64,000 nt of DNA, taken from Candidatus Brocadiia bacterium (GTDB lineage Bacteria; Planctomycetota; Brocadiia; CAIUPP01). A program made the position numbers and the translations under genes. This document shows positions 36,860 to 46,745 of the stretch, one piece after another. The stretch covers positions 23,018-87,017 of the forward strand of contig JBEKCB010000023.1 in assembly GCA_050015075.1 (NCBI GenBank), written 5' to 3'. The notes beneath the pieces are model-generated. The model saw nothing but the letters and a program-made list of their open reading frames with translations. It was not told the DNA's origin and made no database searches. Position 1 is the first letter of the stretch. Each line of letters starts with the position of its first letter.

Positions 36860-38481
36860 TGTCAGCGCGGTTCCCGGCGACGATTCTGCTGGGCCTTGTG
36901 CTCATGGGCGCGTCCGCGATCGGCCACGCTGCGGCCGGCCGCGAGAGGGCGGAATCTCTTCCGCCGGACTGCCTGGCCATCACCGTGATCGCCGATGCCG
37001 GCGCGGCGCTCCAGCGCGCGGACAATATCCTCTCGGCACTGGAAGGCAAGCCGGCTGACGGCTCGTTGCGAACAGGGCTGGGCGAGCTGATCCGAAACCC
37101 GGACTTCGCCGGCGTGGACCTTTCGGCGCCGCTCCGCTTCTTTTACATGAACCCGAAACTCTTTCCGCGCCCGTGGGTTTATCAGTTCGGCGTGACCGAT
37201 CCTGCCGCCTTGAAAAAGGCCATGTCGGCGAACAGGCCGGAGGCGCAGGAGGGCGAAGCAGCGCTGCGGCTGGAAGGCCGACAGGCCACCTGGTCGCTGG
37301 ATGCGAAAGCCGCGGAGAGCGTGATTCAATGGCAGAAGGGCGGCGGCAAGCTGCCCGAGTTCCGCGCGGCGGGCCAGTTCCAGGCGCGCCTCGACGTCCA
37401 GGGGTTTCTGCGCGCGTCAGATGCCGAATTCGCAGACGCAATCCCGCTGATGAAAGACCGTATCCGCCAGGCGCTCGAGCGCGGCGGCCGGACCGGCCCC
37501 GCGGTCGAGCAGGAGATTGCCGCCGTCCAGGCGCAGTTGGACACCGCCGTCGCGGCCCTCCGGCAGATGCGGGACGTGGACTTCGCGCTCGAACTCGACC
37601 CCGCGTTCGTCCGCGTCGGGCTGGACGTCCGCCTGGCGGATTCCGCGCCGCTGAGGGTGCTGTTCCGCTCGCACGCGCCCGGCGACGTGGGCCTGCTCGG
37701 TCTCTGCCCTCCGGAGGCGGGCCTGGTCGTCGTGAACAACCTGTCGTTCGTGAAGGCCGCCGGGCAAATGCTGCTGAACATGGCGGGATGGACTTCCCCG
37801 GAAAAGTCCGAGCAGGGCGCCGGCTCCGGACACAGGGCGCTGGCGCTCTTTCTGTCGCAGCAGCCGGGCGAAGCGAACGCGCCGACGCGCGTGGAGATTC
37901 TGGATCTGCGCGATGGGGACCAGGCGATGGAAGCACGGCAGCAATGGGACCGTCTCGCGCGCCCAGCGTCTGAACCGGCGATCCCCGATCACGCCGGAGG
38001 CGAGCCGTTCACTCTGCATCCGGTCAGCGCCGGGGAACCGGAGCCGGCAGGCGTGCGCCTGGCCGAGATCGTGCCGGACGAGGCGACGCTGCAGCCGAAA
38101 GGCCTGGCGGCGTTCCGACGATTCCTGGGCAGCCGCGTGCAGGCCGCGCAAGAGTGCCGCGGCGATACCTGCATCACCGCCATCGGCGGCTCTCCGGTGG
38201 AGCGGGTGCGCCAGGCCGAGGCTCTCGTGGAAGCGAAGAAAGACTCGCTGGCGGCTTCCTCCCGCTTCCGGAGGAGCATCGCCTCGTTGCCGGAGAAACC
38301 GAACTTGCTGGTCTACATTTCTCCCGATGCGCTTCGACGGTGGCTCGCTCTCGGCGGCCGCGCCTCCTCCGAGCCGATCCCCGCCGACGCGATGGGGCTG
38401 GCCGCCGGCCTGACGATTGGCGGCGATGGCGTCCGCTTCGTCCTCAAGTTCCCCACCGCCGGCATCCTCGGCGCGCAGTGA
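36859..38481 (+). CDS. Secreted hypothetical protein
   Basis: TAATG coupling to the CAP gene; signal peptide; typical codon usage; no recognisable catalytic motif. Confidence 0.65.
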   Translation: MSARFPATILLGLVLMGASAIGHAAAGRERAESLPPDCLAITVIADAGAALQRADNILSALEGKPADGSLRTGLGELIRNPDFAGVDLSAPLRFFYMNPKLFPRPWVYQFGVTDPAALKKAMSANRPEAQEGEAALRLEGRQATWSLDAKAAESVIQWQKGGGKLPEFRAAGQFQARLDVQGFLRASDAEFADAIPLMKDRIRQALERGGRTGPAVEQEIAAVQAQLDTAVAALRQMRDVDFALELDPAFVRVGLDVRLADSAPLRVLFRSHAPGDVGLLGLCPPEAGLVVVNNLSFVKAAGQMLLNMAGWTSPEKSEQGAGSGHRALALFLSQQPGEANAPTRVEILDLRDGDQAMEARQQWDRLARPASEPAIPDHAGGEPFTLHPVSAGEPEPAGVRLAEIVPDEATLQPKGLAAFRRFLGSRVQAAQECRGDTCITAIGGSPVERVRQAEALVEAKKDSLAASSRFRRSIASLPEKPNLLVYISPDALRRWLALGGRASSEPIPADAMGLAAGLTIGGDGVRFVLKFPTAGILGAQ

Positions 38482-38628
38482 TTCGGCGCGCGGCGGCGCG
38501 TCTTTCGGTGTGGCAATTCCCGGCGCAGTCCCTGGCCGTGTCGGATCTGCCCACACTTTCCCGGCCGGTCAAGGGATTTCGCGATTTCGTATCTTCCACG
38601 CGCATCAGGGTTTCCCCAATACGCGGCG

Positions 38629-38644
38629 TGGCACGCGGCTTGCT
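38629..38644 (+). promoter_or_regulatory. sigma54 (-24/-12) promoter
   Basis: TGGCAC-GCGGC-TTGCT is an exact match to TGGCAC-N5-TTGCW, about 175 bp upstream of the 1916-aa gene and followed by an AT-rich tract. Confidence 0.8.
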
Positions 38645-38818
38645 ATATATTCCATGAGGCGCTTTGTGCGTTGCGCCTTGCAGGCGCTGTCTTATAAAAG
38701 ATTTTTGAAAAAAACCTGTTGAGAAAAAGAGCATCCCGTGGTACACTCGCTGCCACGTTTGGGCCGGCTCCATGGTCAGCGGCTCATCCTCCTTTCTTTA
38801 GAGTCGTGAGGATTATTT

Positions 38819-41800
38819 ATGCAGCAGCACGCCTTCGCACGCCCGCGCTTCATTCTCGCCGCTGTGGTCTTCAGTGCAGCAGCTTTCCTGGGCGCACGCA
38901 ACGGCTGGGCACAGCCGGTTAAAGCGGGGTATCCCAACCCCGCGTGGAACGTCAACGGCGACGGCAACGGCAACCTGATCGGCAACGTCAAGCGGAGCGA
39001 ACCGGTACCCGGCGCCCCGCTCAACGTCACCGGCACGCGCGTCCTGTCGTTCGACGATCTGATCAACGCGAACGGCACGAACTACGCCCTCTACCTCTGG
39101 CAGGATGGCGATCCCGTGCCGGGCGCTCCCGTGGCGAACTTCACGAAAGGGCCCGGCCAGGCGCAGCCCTTTACGTACACGGCAACGCTCGCCGTCAACG
39201 ACGGTCCCAATATCGCCGGTAACACGGCGCCATACAATGTGCACCGTTTCTGGAACTGGCGCGTGGACGTAAGCAACGGCTCGGGGACGACCACCGGCGA
39301 CGTATGGCAGTTCCGCGTCCCGCTCGAAGCGCCCACAAACAACTCGACGGACGTGAGCGTCTACTGCAAGTTCGAGTGGGAAGCGAGCGCCGACTATACT
39401 ACGGGGGTTACAACGGAAGGGATCTACATTATTGACCCCAACGCTGTCCCCAGCCAGGTTGGAAAATGGTACTCCGGCACGACCACAACGGCCCCGAACA
39501 CGGCGCTGACCCACAAGGTAGTCGATCTCTTTCCCAAGCCACCGGCGTTTTACGGCAGCGCTTACCCGGACTACCGGGAATTCTGGATTCATGACGCCAC
39601 CTACCTGTTCCAAGGCTACCCGCGGCTGCAGCCGAGCACGACGTATCAGTGGCGGATCTGGTACACCTCGACGACGGGAATACCGTTAGCGAACGCCTCG
39701 ATCCAACTTGATTTGCTCGAGGATCTGCCGGCCGGACAGACCGCGACATTCACTATTTATGACCCCGCGGGCAATGGCGGCAAGGGCCTGACTGTACCGG
39801 TTACGCTAACCGGTGAGATTGACCCTACCATCGCCGGCTCTTTTTACACCGTAGTGAGCGCGGCGATTGCCGGCCAGGCCCCGCCAGGCTCAAACATCTC
39901 GCTCATCACAGTCACCGATAGTACCGTCGCGGGCACCAACTCGCCGATCCTCACGCTCACCTGGCCCGTGGCCGGCACCGCCGGCAACAGCGTGACGGTA
40001 ACCATCCCCACTGCCAGTGCGCCATATCTGGCTACGACTCCGGCGCCGGTTCCGCCGGCGACAGCGGCGAACTTTGCAAACGGCGTGACCTCGAAGGGCT
40101 TCTACGGACCCATCTACAGTTTCACCACGGTGAGCGAAGCCTACGTGAACAATGTGGACGGGGATGCCAGTTCGGGCTATGACCCGGCCGTGCAAAGCCT
40201 GATTGTTTATTGGCAGCATCCGCAGGGCCGCCTCGCTCGCGACCCGGAAGAAAATGTCACGACCTTCGAGCCACTGGCAAGCCAACTTCAGGCCATTCAT
40301 CAGAACGACCTCGAGCCAACCGTCAAGACGCTGATTTTCGGCACAGAGCAAATGGCCGCCTCGTACGGAGGGCTGGACACCGTCGCGCTCAATAATATAC
40401 AGCAGGTCTATGTCCCCGACATTACGCAGTGGCCGGGATGGTACACGTTTGGCGGGGCGACGGCCGTTAAAGGCGCCTATGATACGGGACAATATAACAA
40501 GCGCGTCGGCACCGGCTATCCGCAGACTTTACCGGTGTTTCCGCTCTTTTACTCAAGCGCTGACGCGCAGCCGCACCCCTGGGCGACGCAGGACCGTTAT
40601 TCCGAGTGGGTCGCCAAGGGCATTCGGACATGGCTCGAGGACGCCGCGAATCAACTCGCCTTCAACGCCCTGAACGAGCACGCGTGGCTGCCCAACTTGC
40701 AGTACGTTGTGCTGCTCGGCGACGCTAACCGCGTGGCCCCGAGCTTCTACTACTACTATGCCCCCTTCTACCCCAACGAAAATAACCGATGGTTGCCGAC
40801 GGACTTCTTCTATGCGACACAGAACGGCGTTGGTGCTGCCAGTCTCACAACCCCTACCGCGGTCGTCTCCACCTCGGTCGGCACTAAGACCGGCACCAGC
40901 AACTCGGGCGGCTTCCAGGTCAGCCGCATTCCCGTCCGCATGGCGCCTTACATTACGATTGACCAGTCGGGCAACACCTTCCCGCCGACTCCCATTCCGT
41001 CTCCCTTCGGGCCGCCGTACTATGACCCGTTGCCGTTCCTCAGCAAGATCCGCGACTACTGCGACATCCTCAACTCGGCGCCGACCGACGCGGCCAAGAA
41101 TGCGGCCTTCGACAATTGGTTCCACCAGGTCGCGATGATTGACGGCGCCACCGAGTACTACAAGTGGTACCAGTTCTTCCCCGGCCTTGCGCAGTACCTG
41201 CTGAGCATGCAAGTCCAGGACAACAGCCTCAGCCCGAAGCGCGACGCCTTCAGCGGCATGGTCGTGCGCGAATTTGACCTCAACGGGCTGGACACCGACG
41301 TGGAATCCTATACCACCACCGGAGGCGAGGCGCTGACCCTCTCCAATATCCTGGGCCGCCTGTCCATTGACAACGGCTATGACCTCAATTCCTGGAACAC
41401 GAACACAGCCGACGCAGACGTGCCCGGCTTCGTGTACCTGCTGGCTCGCGGCGCCACGAATTACGGCGGCAAGGACGCCGACAGCCAGAGCGGACTCGAC
41501 GGGGAGACGCTCGCGGGCGGAGTGCTTGACCTGACGCCGTCCTATCTCAACACGACCTGGGTCATGTCCCAGCAAGACCCGACCTTGAACGGCAGCCCCG
41601 CGCCGCTGAGCCTCACCACGGACTTATTCCCCACGTATATCCCGTCCACTATACCCGCGCCGAACCCGGTGAACTTCCCGACGCCGACGACCAAGGCTCG
41701 GCCGATAGTGGTGTCGCCGGCCAACGTCATCACCCGTTTCGATAACGCACTCTGGGGGACCAACCCGAACACAAGTTTGGGCGAAGCGGCCATTCTCGCG

Positions 41801-44569
41801 CAGGGCGGCCCCATCGCCATCGCCGGTTTCACTTCGGGCAGGTATCAGTCCTCCGTACAGTATTCCCCCGCGGGCCAGGCGATCACCGCGTACACCGGCC
41901 CGACAGATGAGAACGAGGGATACGAGTTCACCACGATTACCAACGGCACGGCCGACCTGACGCCTTTCAGCGCGGATACGGACGCTGTGATCGGCAAGAT
42001 CGAGCTGACCTCGTACATGGCCCAGCAGTACGGCCTTGTCACCGCACCGGTCGTCGGCGACCTGTTCAACAATGCGCTCGCCCAGTACGTCACCACGCAC
42101 CTGGCCGACTTCACGGTCAACGGTCAGCGCGAGGCTACCACCATTTTCGGCGCCACGCTCCTGGGCGATTGCGCCGTTTCGATGCCGGGCCGGGAACCGG
42201 TGACGACGGGTGACTACACCAGGCCGCAAGTCGCCGAGTCAGCCGCCACCATCCGCCCGGCGACAACGGTCACCGGCTACAGCCCTGTGAGTCAGTACAA
42301 CAGCCAGAACATGCCCGTCAACGTCATCCCTCATTACACGCCTGGGGCCAACGGCGGCTCGGTCGTCACTCTGCAAATCCAGACGAGCGCGCCGTTCATC
42401 CGCGTGCGCGTGTTTACCCCGTTCAACCAGAACACCTCCTATGTGTCCGGCGAGTGGGCCGGTGGGCTCGGCGACATGACCGCCATCGCCGCCGTCCCGG
42501 GAGCGGCGGGAACGTCCATCGCCACCAACGAGTTGATCTGCCAGACCGCCGCGGGCGCGGCTACGGTGACCTTCAACGCCCTGACGCCGTCCATCTATTT
42601 CGTCATCGTCCAGGCCCAGAGTCCCGCCTGGACCGGCGCAATCCAGACCGACCCGTACCGCTGGCTGCAGGAGCGATGGTTCTACTTCCAGGCGGTCAAC
42701 CAGTTCGTCCGTCAAACCGTTGACTCAGTCACCGGCAGCAAAATCAATCTGCTCGTCGTTGACATGGATCAGCACGACCGCTACTACCTGAACGGCGCTA
42801 TCTTCACCCAGCACCAGCTCAACTTCGAGCCGCAACACGTCCTTCCTCCCGCTCCGCCGAATATCATTAACTCCGCCCCGGCCGCTCCCTGGGACAACAT
42901 GGCCGACACGTTCTACGTGGACCCGACCCAGCCCGACGGGACAGGCATCAACCCAGGCACCCCGCCCGAGGACGTGAGCGACTCTCCGGCGCTGCCCTTC
43001 CTGAACTCCGTCGCCAACAACGGGTATGAATACCAGTTCTGGTGCGGCAACGTGTACCATACCCTCGCCACGAACGGCGCCAGCATCCTCAGCAGCCAGC
43101 GGTATTACGGCGAGATCACGCCCGACGTGCTGCAGTCGTTCCAGAGCACAGGCATCGTGCTCTGGTTCACGGGTGACTGGAACCAGGATTTCCCGGGCCC
43201 CGGCTATCTCTTCCAGTACGAGGCGCTCGAGCCCCCCGAGACAGGCTATTTGACGAGCTACCTCAACAATGGCGGGCTCCTGTGGATGGACAACCAGGAT
43301 TTGACTACGGAGAGCGCCATCTCTTTGCAAGCCATCGGGACTTTCAGCGCGGAGCCCGCGACAAGGGCCTCCACGCCCTCGCCCTTCGCTCTGACTTTCC
43401 TTTCGAAGTATCTCGGTTCGACCCCCGAGACGCTCGACACCGAGTACACCAACGTGGACGGCGACCAGCCCGGCACCATGAGCGGCGGCCCGAGCGGGGC
43501 GTTCGCCAAGGACCATCAACCGATCAACGATGTCAGTGACGCCGGCGGCGACGGGAGAAACAGCCTCGTTTGGGGATCTGAGGTGGACCCCTTCGCCGGC
43601 CTCCTCAACCACACCGTCTTCTTCTGGGATACCTCTTCCGGCACCGGCGTTACGACCAGCAGCAGGTCCTCCGCGATGCAGAACATCCTCGTCACGGGCG
43701 CTAACTCGTTCAGCGGCGAGACCATCTTCTTCACCTGGCCGCTCGAGTCCGTTAACCATCTCGGCGACATCACCGACGACACCACCGGCCGGGCCTACAT
43801 CCTGAAGGCGGCGATTGACTGGCTGGCCGCCGTGCCCGAGCCGTTGCCGGGCCCGGTGTCCAACATGCTCCCGGCCAACGGCGCATCAACGACGACCCTG
43901 CTGCCTGTGCTCTCGTGGACCGCCGGCGTTGACGCAACCTCGTATATTCTCGAATACGGCGTCGGCGCGACCCTGCCGCTTTCGCCGATCACTGTCCCGC
44001 TCAACGGGACTTCGTATACTATACCGACGGCCCTCGTGGCAGGCACGACGTACACGTGGACAGTGATCAGCGTCAACGCCAACGGCAAGACCCCGGGCCC
44101 CGTCCAGACGTTCATCGCGAAGACCGCAGCCGGAGGCGGTGGCAGCACCGGCACCGGCAGCGGTACACGCACCGGCACGGGTACAGGCACCGGTACAGGT
44201 ACCGGAACAGGCACTAACACCGGTGGCGGCGGTGGCGGCGGCGGCGGTGGCGGCGGTTGCTTCATCGCCACGGCCGGGTACGAGTCCCCGGATGGCCGTC
44301 TCGACGGCATCGTTGAAACAAACTGCACCGGCTCGTATGTCCTCGCCCCGGAGCGTCTGCGGCAGTTGAATGACATCCGGGCCTTGCGCGACAATCTGCT
44401 CCTGCACTTCTCGGCCGGACGCGCCTTCTCGGCCTGGTATTACGCCGTCGGCCCCTATGGCGCCGAGGCGATCCGCGACAACGAACCGGCCAAGGCCGCC
44501 GTTCGCGGCATATTGCTCAACCCGCTCGCCGAACTCTCGCGTGAGTGCGCGCAGGCGGAGACGAAGTGA
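38819..44569 (+). CDS. 1916-aa secreted/surface protein: Fn3-like modules, peptidase C25 (gingipain)-like domain, Gly/Thr linker, CFI-box C-terminal domain
   Basis: Signal peptide; WRVD..TGDVWQF modules; YVVLLGD..TDFFYA..VSRIPVR..TLLGD; (GT)n-G12-CFIATAGY..LRDNLL..GRAFSAWYY. Confidence 0.8.
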   Translation: MQQHAFARPRFILAAVVFSAAAFLGARNGWAQPVKAGYPNPAWNVNGDGNGNLIGNVKRSEPVPGAPLNVTGTRVLSFDDLINANGTNYALYLWQDGDPVPGAPVANFTKGPGQAQPFTYTATLAVNDGPNIAGNTAPYNVHRFWNWRVDVSNGSGTTTGDVWQFRVPLEAPTNNSTDVSVYCKFEWEASADYTTGVTTEGIYIIDPNAVPSQVGKWYSGTTTTAPNTALTHKVVDLFPKPPAFYGSAYPDYREFWIHDATYLFQGYPRLQPSTTYQWRIWYTSTTGIPLANASIQLDLLEDLPAGQTATFTIYDPAGNGGKGLTVPVTLTGEIDPTIAGSFYTVVSAAIAGQAPPGSNISLITVTDSTVAGTNSPILTLTWPVAGTAGNSVTVTIPTASAPYLATTPAPVPPATAANFANGVTSKGFYGPIYSFTTVSEAYVNNVDGDASSGYDPAVQSLIVYWQHPQGRLARDPEENVTTFEPLASQLQAIHQNDLEPTVKTLIFGTEQMAASYGGLDTVALNNIQQVYVPDITQWPGWYTFGGATAVKGAYDTGQYNKRVGTGYPQTLPVFPLFYSSADAQPHPWATQDRYSEWVAKGIRTWLEDAANQLAFNALNEHAWLPNLQYVVLLGDANRVAPSFYYYYAPFYPNENNRWLPTDFFYATQNGVGAASLTTPTAVVSTSVGTKTGTSNSGGFQVSRIPVRMAPYITIDQSGNTFPPTPIPSPFGPPYYDPLPFLSKIRDYCDILNSAPTDAAKNAAFDNWFHQVAMIDGATEYYKWYQFFPGLAQYLLSMQVQDNSLSPKRDAFSGMVVREFDLNGLDTDVESYTTTGGEALTLSNILGRLSIDNGYDLNSWNTNTADADVPGFVYLLARGATNYGGKDADSQSGLDGETLAGGVLDLTPSYLNTTWVMSQQDPTLNGSPAPLSLTTDLFPTYIPSTIPAPNPVNFPTPTTKARPIVVSPANVITRFDNALWGTNPNTSLGEAAILAQGGPIAIAGFTSGRYQSSVQYSPAGQAITAYTGPTDENEGYEFTTITNGTADLTPFSADTDAVIGKIELTSYMAQQYGLVTAPVVGDLFNNALAQYVTTHLADFTVNGQREATTIFGATLLGDCAVSMPGREPVTTGDYTRPQVAESAATIRPATTVTGYSPVSQYNSQNMPVNVIPHYTPGANGGSVVTLQIQTSAPFIRVRVFTPFNQNTSYVSGEWAGGLGDMTAIAAVPGAAGTSIATNELICQTAAGAATVTFNALTPSIYFVIVQAQSPAWTGAIQTDPYRWLQERWFYFQAVNQFVRQTVDSVTGSKINLLVVDMDQHDRYYLNGAIFTQHQLNFEPQHVLPPAPPNIINSAPAAPWDNMADTFYVDPTQPDGTGINPGTPPEDVSDSPALPFLNSVANNGYEYQFWCGNVYHTLATNGASILSSQRYYGEITPDVLQSFQSTGIVLWFTGDWNQDFPGPGYLFQYEALEPPETGYLTSYLNNGGLLWMDNQDLTTESAISLQAIGTFSAEPATRASTPSPFALTFLSKYLGSTPETLDTEYTNVDGDQPGTMSGGPSGAFAKDHQPINDVSDAGGDGRNSLVWGSEVDPFAGLLNHTVFFWDTSSGTGVTTSSRSSAMQNILVTGANSFSGETIFFTWPLESVNHLGDITDDTTGRAYILKAAIDWLAAVPEPLPGPVSNMLPANGASTTTLLPVLSWTAGVDATSYILEYGVGATLPLSPITVPLNGTSYTIPTALVAGTTYTWTVISVNANGKTPGPVQTFIAKTAAGGGGSTGTGSGTRTGTGTGTGTGTGTGTNTGGGGGGGGGGGGCFIATAGYESPDGRLDGIVETNCTGSYVLAPERLRQLNDIRALRDNLLLHFSAGRAFSAWYYAVGPYGAEAIRDNEPAKAAVRGILLNPLAELSRECAQAETK

Positions 44570-44598
44570 TAAGCCGGCCCGGAGGGCCGACAGAGGTG

Positions 44599-45588
44599 AT
44601 GCCGATGATCGTCTCACGTCGCAAACGTGCGGACCGGCTTAGCAGCGTGGCTCTCTTCTGCATGGTCGTCGGTCTGTGCGGCGCAGTGTGGCTTGCCCTG
44701 AAGCCGCCGGCCCCCGCGGAGCTTTCCCGGGCGCCGGCGGCATCTCAGGCCGTCAGCGCGCCTGCTCCGGTTGCGCCGGCCGCCGACAACCTTTCAATCC
44801 TCTGGCTGGGCGCGAATGACGTTTCCGCGGCATCCGGCCGGCCGTCGTCTCCGGCGGCCGGATTGCCCCCTTTGGCCAGTGACGCGCCTCCCTTCGCGAT
44901 CAGGGGAATGATCGGTTCCTTGTCCGGTTCCTCCTCGGTGGTCTTTATCCAGGCGGCGAGCGGCGTCTCGATGATTCGCCAGGGCGAAGTCGTGGACGGC
45001 TGGAAGCTGATGGGCGTCACAGGGAATGCCGCGACCTTCGCCAGGGAAGATCGGGCGGTCACGCTGAGTCTGGCCAAACGAGAGTATGACGCAGGAGGCG
45101 GAAGCGCGCCGATGACCGCCGGTTCGGGACCGTCGCCGGCGCCGCGGTTCTCGCCGCCTGTCCCGACGCAGTTGCCGCCGAGCCCGCAGGTGCCGCGACT
45201 GGAACAGGCGAGTGGCCCCAGCACCGCAGCGGCTTCAACCTCCGTCGGTTCGGCCTCGGCCAAGACGATCGAAGTCGTCGTTCCTCGCAGCCTTGTAGAC
45301 CAGGCTCGAGCTAATCCCTTGGCCGCGATGCAAGGCGTCAATATCGAGCAATACGCGCCCAACGGGCAGATGCAGGGCTACACCATAGCCAACGTATCGC
45401 CGGACTCGCTCGCGGCGCCGTACGTTTCCTCGGGCGACCGCATCCTGGCCGTGAACGGCACTCCCATCAACTCCATCGGCAGCGCGATGAACATCTACCA
45501 GCAGTTGAGCGCCAGCGGCGTTTCTGCCGTTACCGTCACCATGGAACGCGGCGGACAGCGGTTGAACGTCGTTTACACCATCAAGTAG
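44599..45588 (+). CDS. gspC: Type II secretion GspC-like protein (TM, HR domain, C-terminal PDZ)
   Basis: N-terminal TM; IRGMIG..VFI..GEVVDGWKL..V HR pattern; GYTIANVSPDS..GDRILAVNG PDZ. Confidence 0.75.
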   Translation: MPMIVSRRKRADRLSSVALFCMVVGLCGAVWLALKPPAPAELSRAPAASQAVSAPAPVAPAADNLSILWLGANDVSAASGRPSSPAAGLPPLASDAPPFAIRGMIGSLSGSSSVVFIQAASGVSMIRQGEVVDGWKLMGVTGNAATFAREDRAVTLSLAKREYDAGGGSAPMTAGSGPSPAPRFSPPVPTQLPPSPQVPRLEQASGPSTAAASTSVGSASAKTIEVVVPRSLVDQARANPLAAMQGVNIEQYAPNGQMQGYTIANVSPDSLAAPYVSSGDRILAVNGTPINSIGSAMNIYQQLSASGVSAVTVTMERGGQRLNVVYTIK

Positions 45589-45591
45589 GCT

Positions 45592-46263
45592 TCACGGCTT
45601 TGGCGGATTCGCGTAGTCTGTCGGATTGACGTCCGCTGTTGCCACCGGCGCGAAAGCCATCCCGATCACGGCCTGCCGTTCGTCCCCTTCGAACGATAGC
45701 TCCAGCTTGACCGCCACCGGCGGCATGTTGCGCCTCCAACTGGGGAGCCATCGCGCGCCATCGTAGAAACTCAACTGCCAGAATATAATTCCCGTTGCCA
45801 GCCGTTCGAGCGGGCGCTCCGGCGGCGGCTTTCCCGGCGCGTACTCCGCCTCTCGCCTCAGCAACACCAGCTTGCCCGCCGCGTCGCTGTCCGTCCTCAG
45901 CACGTAGCTGACGTCCGTGATCTCCGCGCCGCCGGCCGAAGTGTCCCGCGAGAGGTGCGCGGTCGTCAGGAACTCCATGCAGGGCTCCTCGGATACATCC
46001 GACGGCGCAGTCGGCCCGCCGGTGAACGCGACGACGTTCTGCGCGTCGGGCAGGACGGCTGCAGTCAGGTCGTGCCGGAGGATGCGTTCGATGCCCGCCT
46101 CGATGCGGCGCTGCCGCGCGGATTGGCCGGCCTCCGTCATGGCGCGCGCCGTCAGCGTCAGCGTCCCCATCAGCGTGGCCATCAGCATGGCCCCGATCGC
46201 CAACGCGCAGATCACCTCAATCAGGGTCAAGCCCGATGCGCGGGACAAGGCGGCGGCTCTCAT
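45592..46263 (-). CDS. gspJ: T2SS minor pseudopilin J
   Basis: GLTLIEVICALAI prepilin motif; LRHDL, VSY.L..LLRRE, FYDG.RW..SW..P.AVKLEL. Confidence 0.8.
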   Translation of the reverse strand: MRAAALSRASGLTLIEVICALAIGAMLMATLMGTLTLTARAMTEAGQSARQRRIEAGIERILRHDLTAAVLPDAQNVVAFTGGPTAPSDVSEEPCMEFLTTAHLSRDTSAGGAEITDVSYVLRTDSDAAGKLVLLRREAEYAPGKPPPERPLERLATGIIFWQLSFYDGARWLPSWRRNMPPVAVKLELSFEGDERQAVIGMAFAPVATADVNPTDYANPPKP

Positions 46264-46745
46264 GGCGTTCTCATTTCTCTCGCCGTGGTGCGCTTGGCGG
46301 GCAGCCAGAGTGTCGCGGAGGCGACGCATTGTTCGTCGGGCTGCTCGACAGCCTGCGAGGGCATGGAATCTTCCGTCGCGTTGTCGAGCGGCACGGCTGC
46401 GGGCCGGACAGTGACCTCGTACGCTGTCAGGTCCGTCACCGCGGCGTCCTCCGATACCGCGGAGGCCGTGATCCGCCACTCGTACGTCCCGGCAGGCGTC
46501 GCGATCACGCCGGCGCCTTCGCCCGCGAAACCGGCGCGGAGTCCGGCGACCTCGGCCGCGCACAGGCGCGTGCAGGCCAGGATCTGATCGGCCTGAGTGT
46601 GCGCCTCCAGCGCGTTATTGCGCGCGACCAGAATCCCGAGGATCACACCGCCCAGGATGGCCACCGAGGCCGCCACTTCCACCAGCGTGAAACCGCGCGA
46701 TCCGCACCGGGAGCGCCTGGGCGTCAAGTGGGCTCTACTCCGCAT
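46260..46745 (-). CDS. gspI: T2SS minor pseudopilin I
   Basis: GFTLVEVAASVAIL; YEWRI; position in the operon. Confidence 0.75.
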   Translation of the reverse strand: MRSRAHLTPRRSRCGSRGFTLVEVAASVAILGGVILGILVARNNALEAHTQADQILACTRLCAAEVAGLRAGFAGEGAGVIATPAGTYEWRITASAVSEDAAVTDLTAYEVTVRPAAVPLDNATEDSMPSQAVEQPDEQCVASATLWLPAKRTTAREMRTP

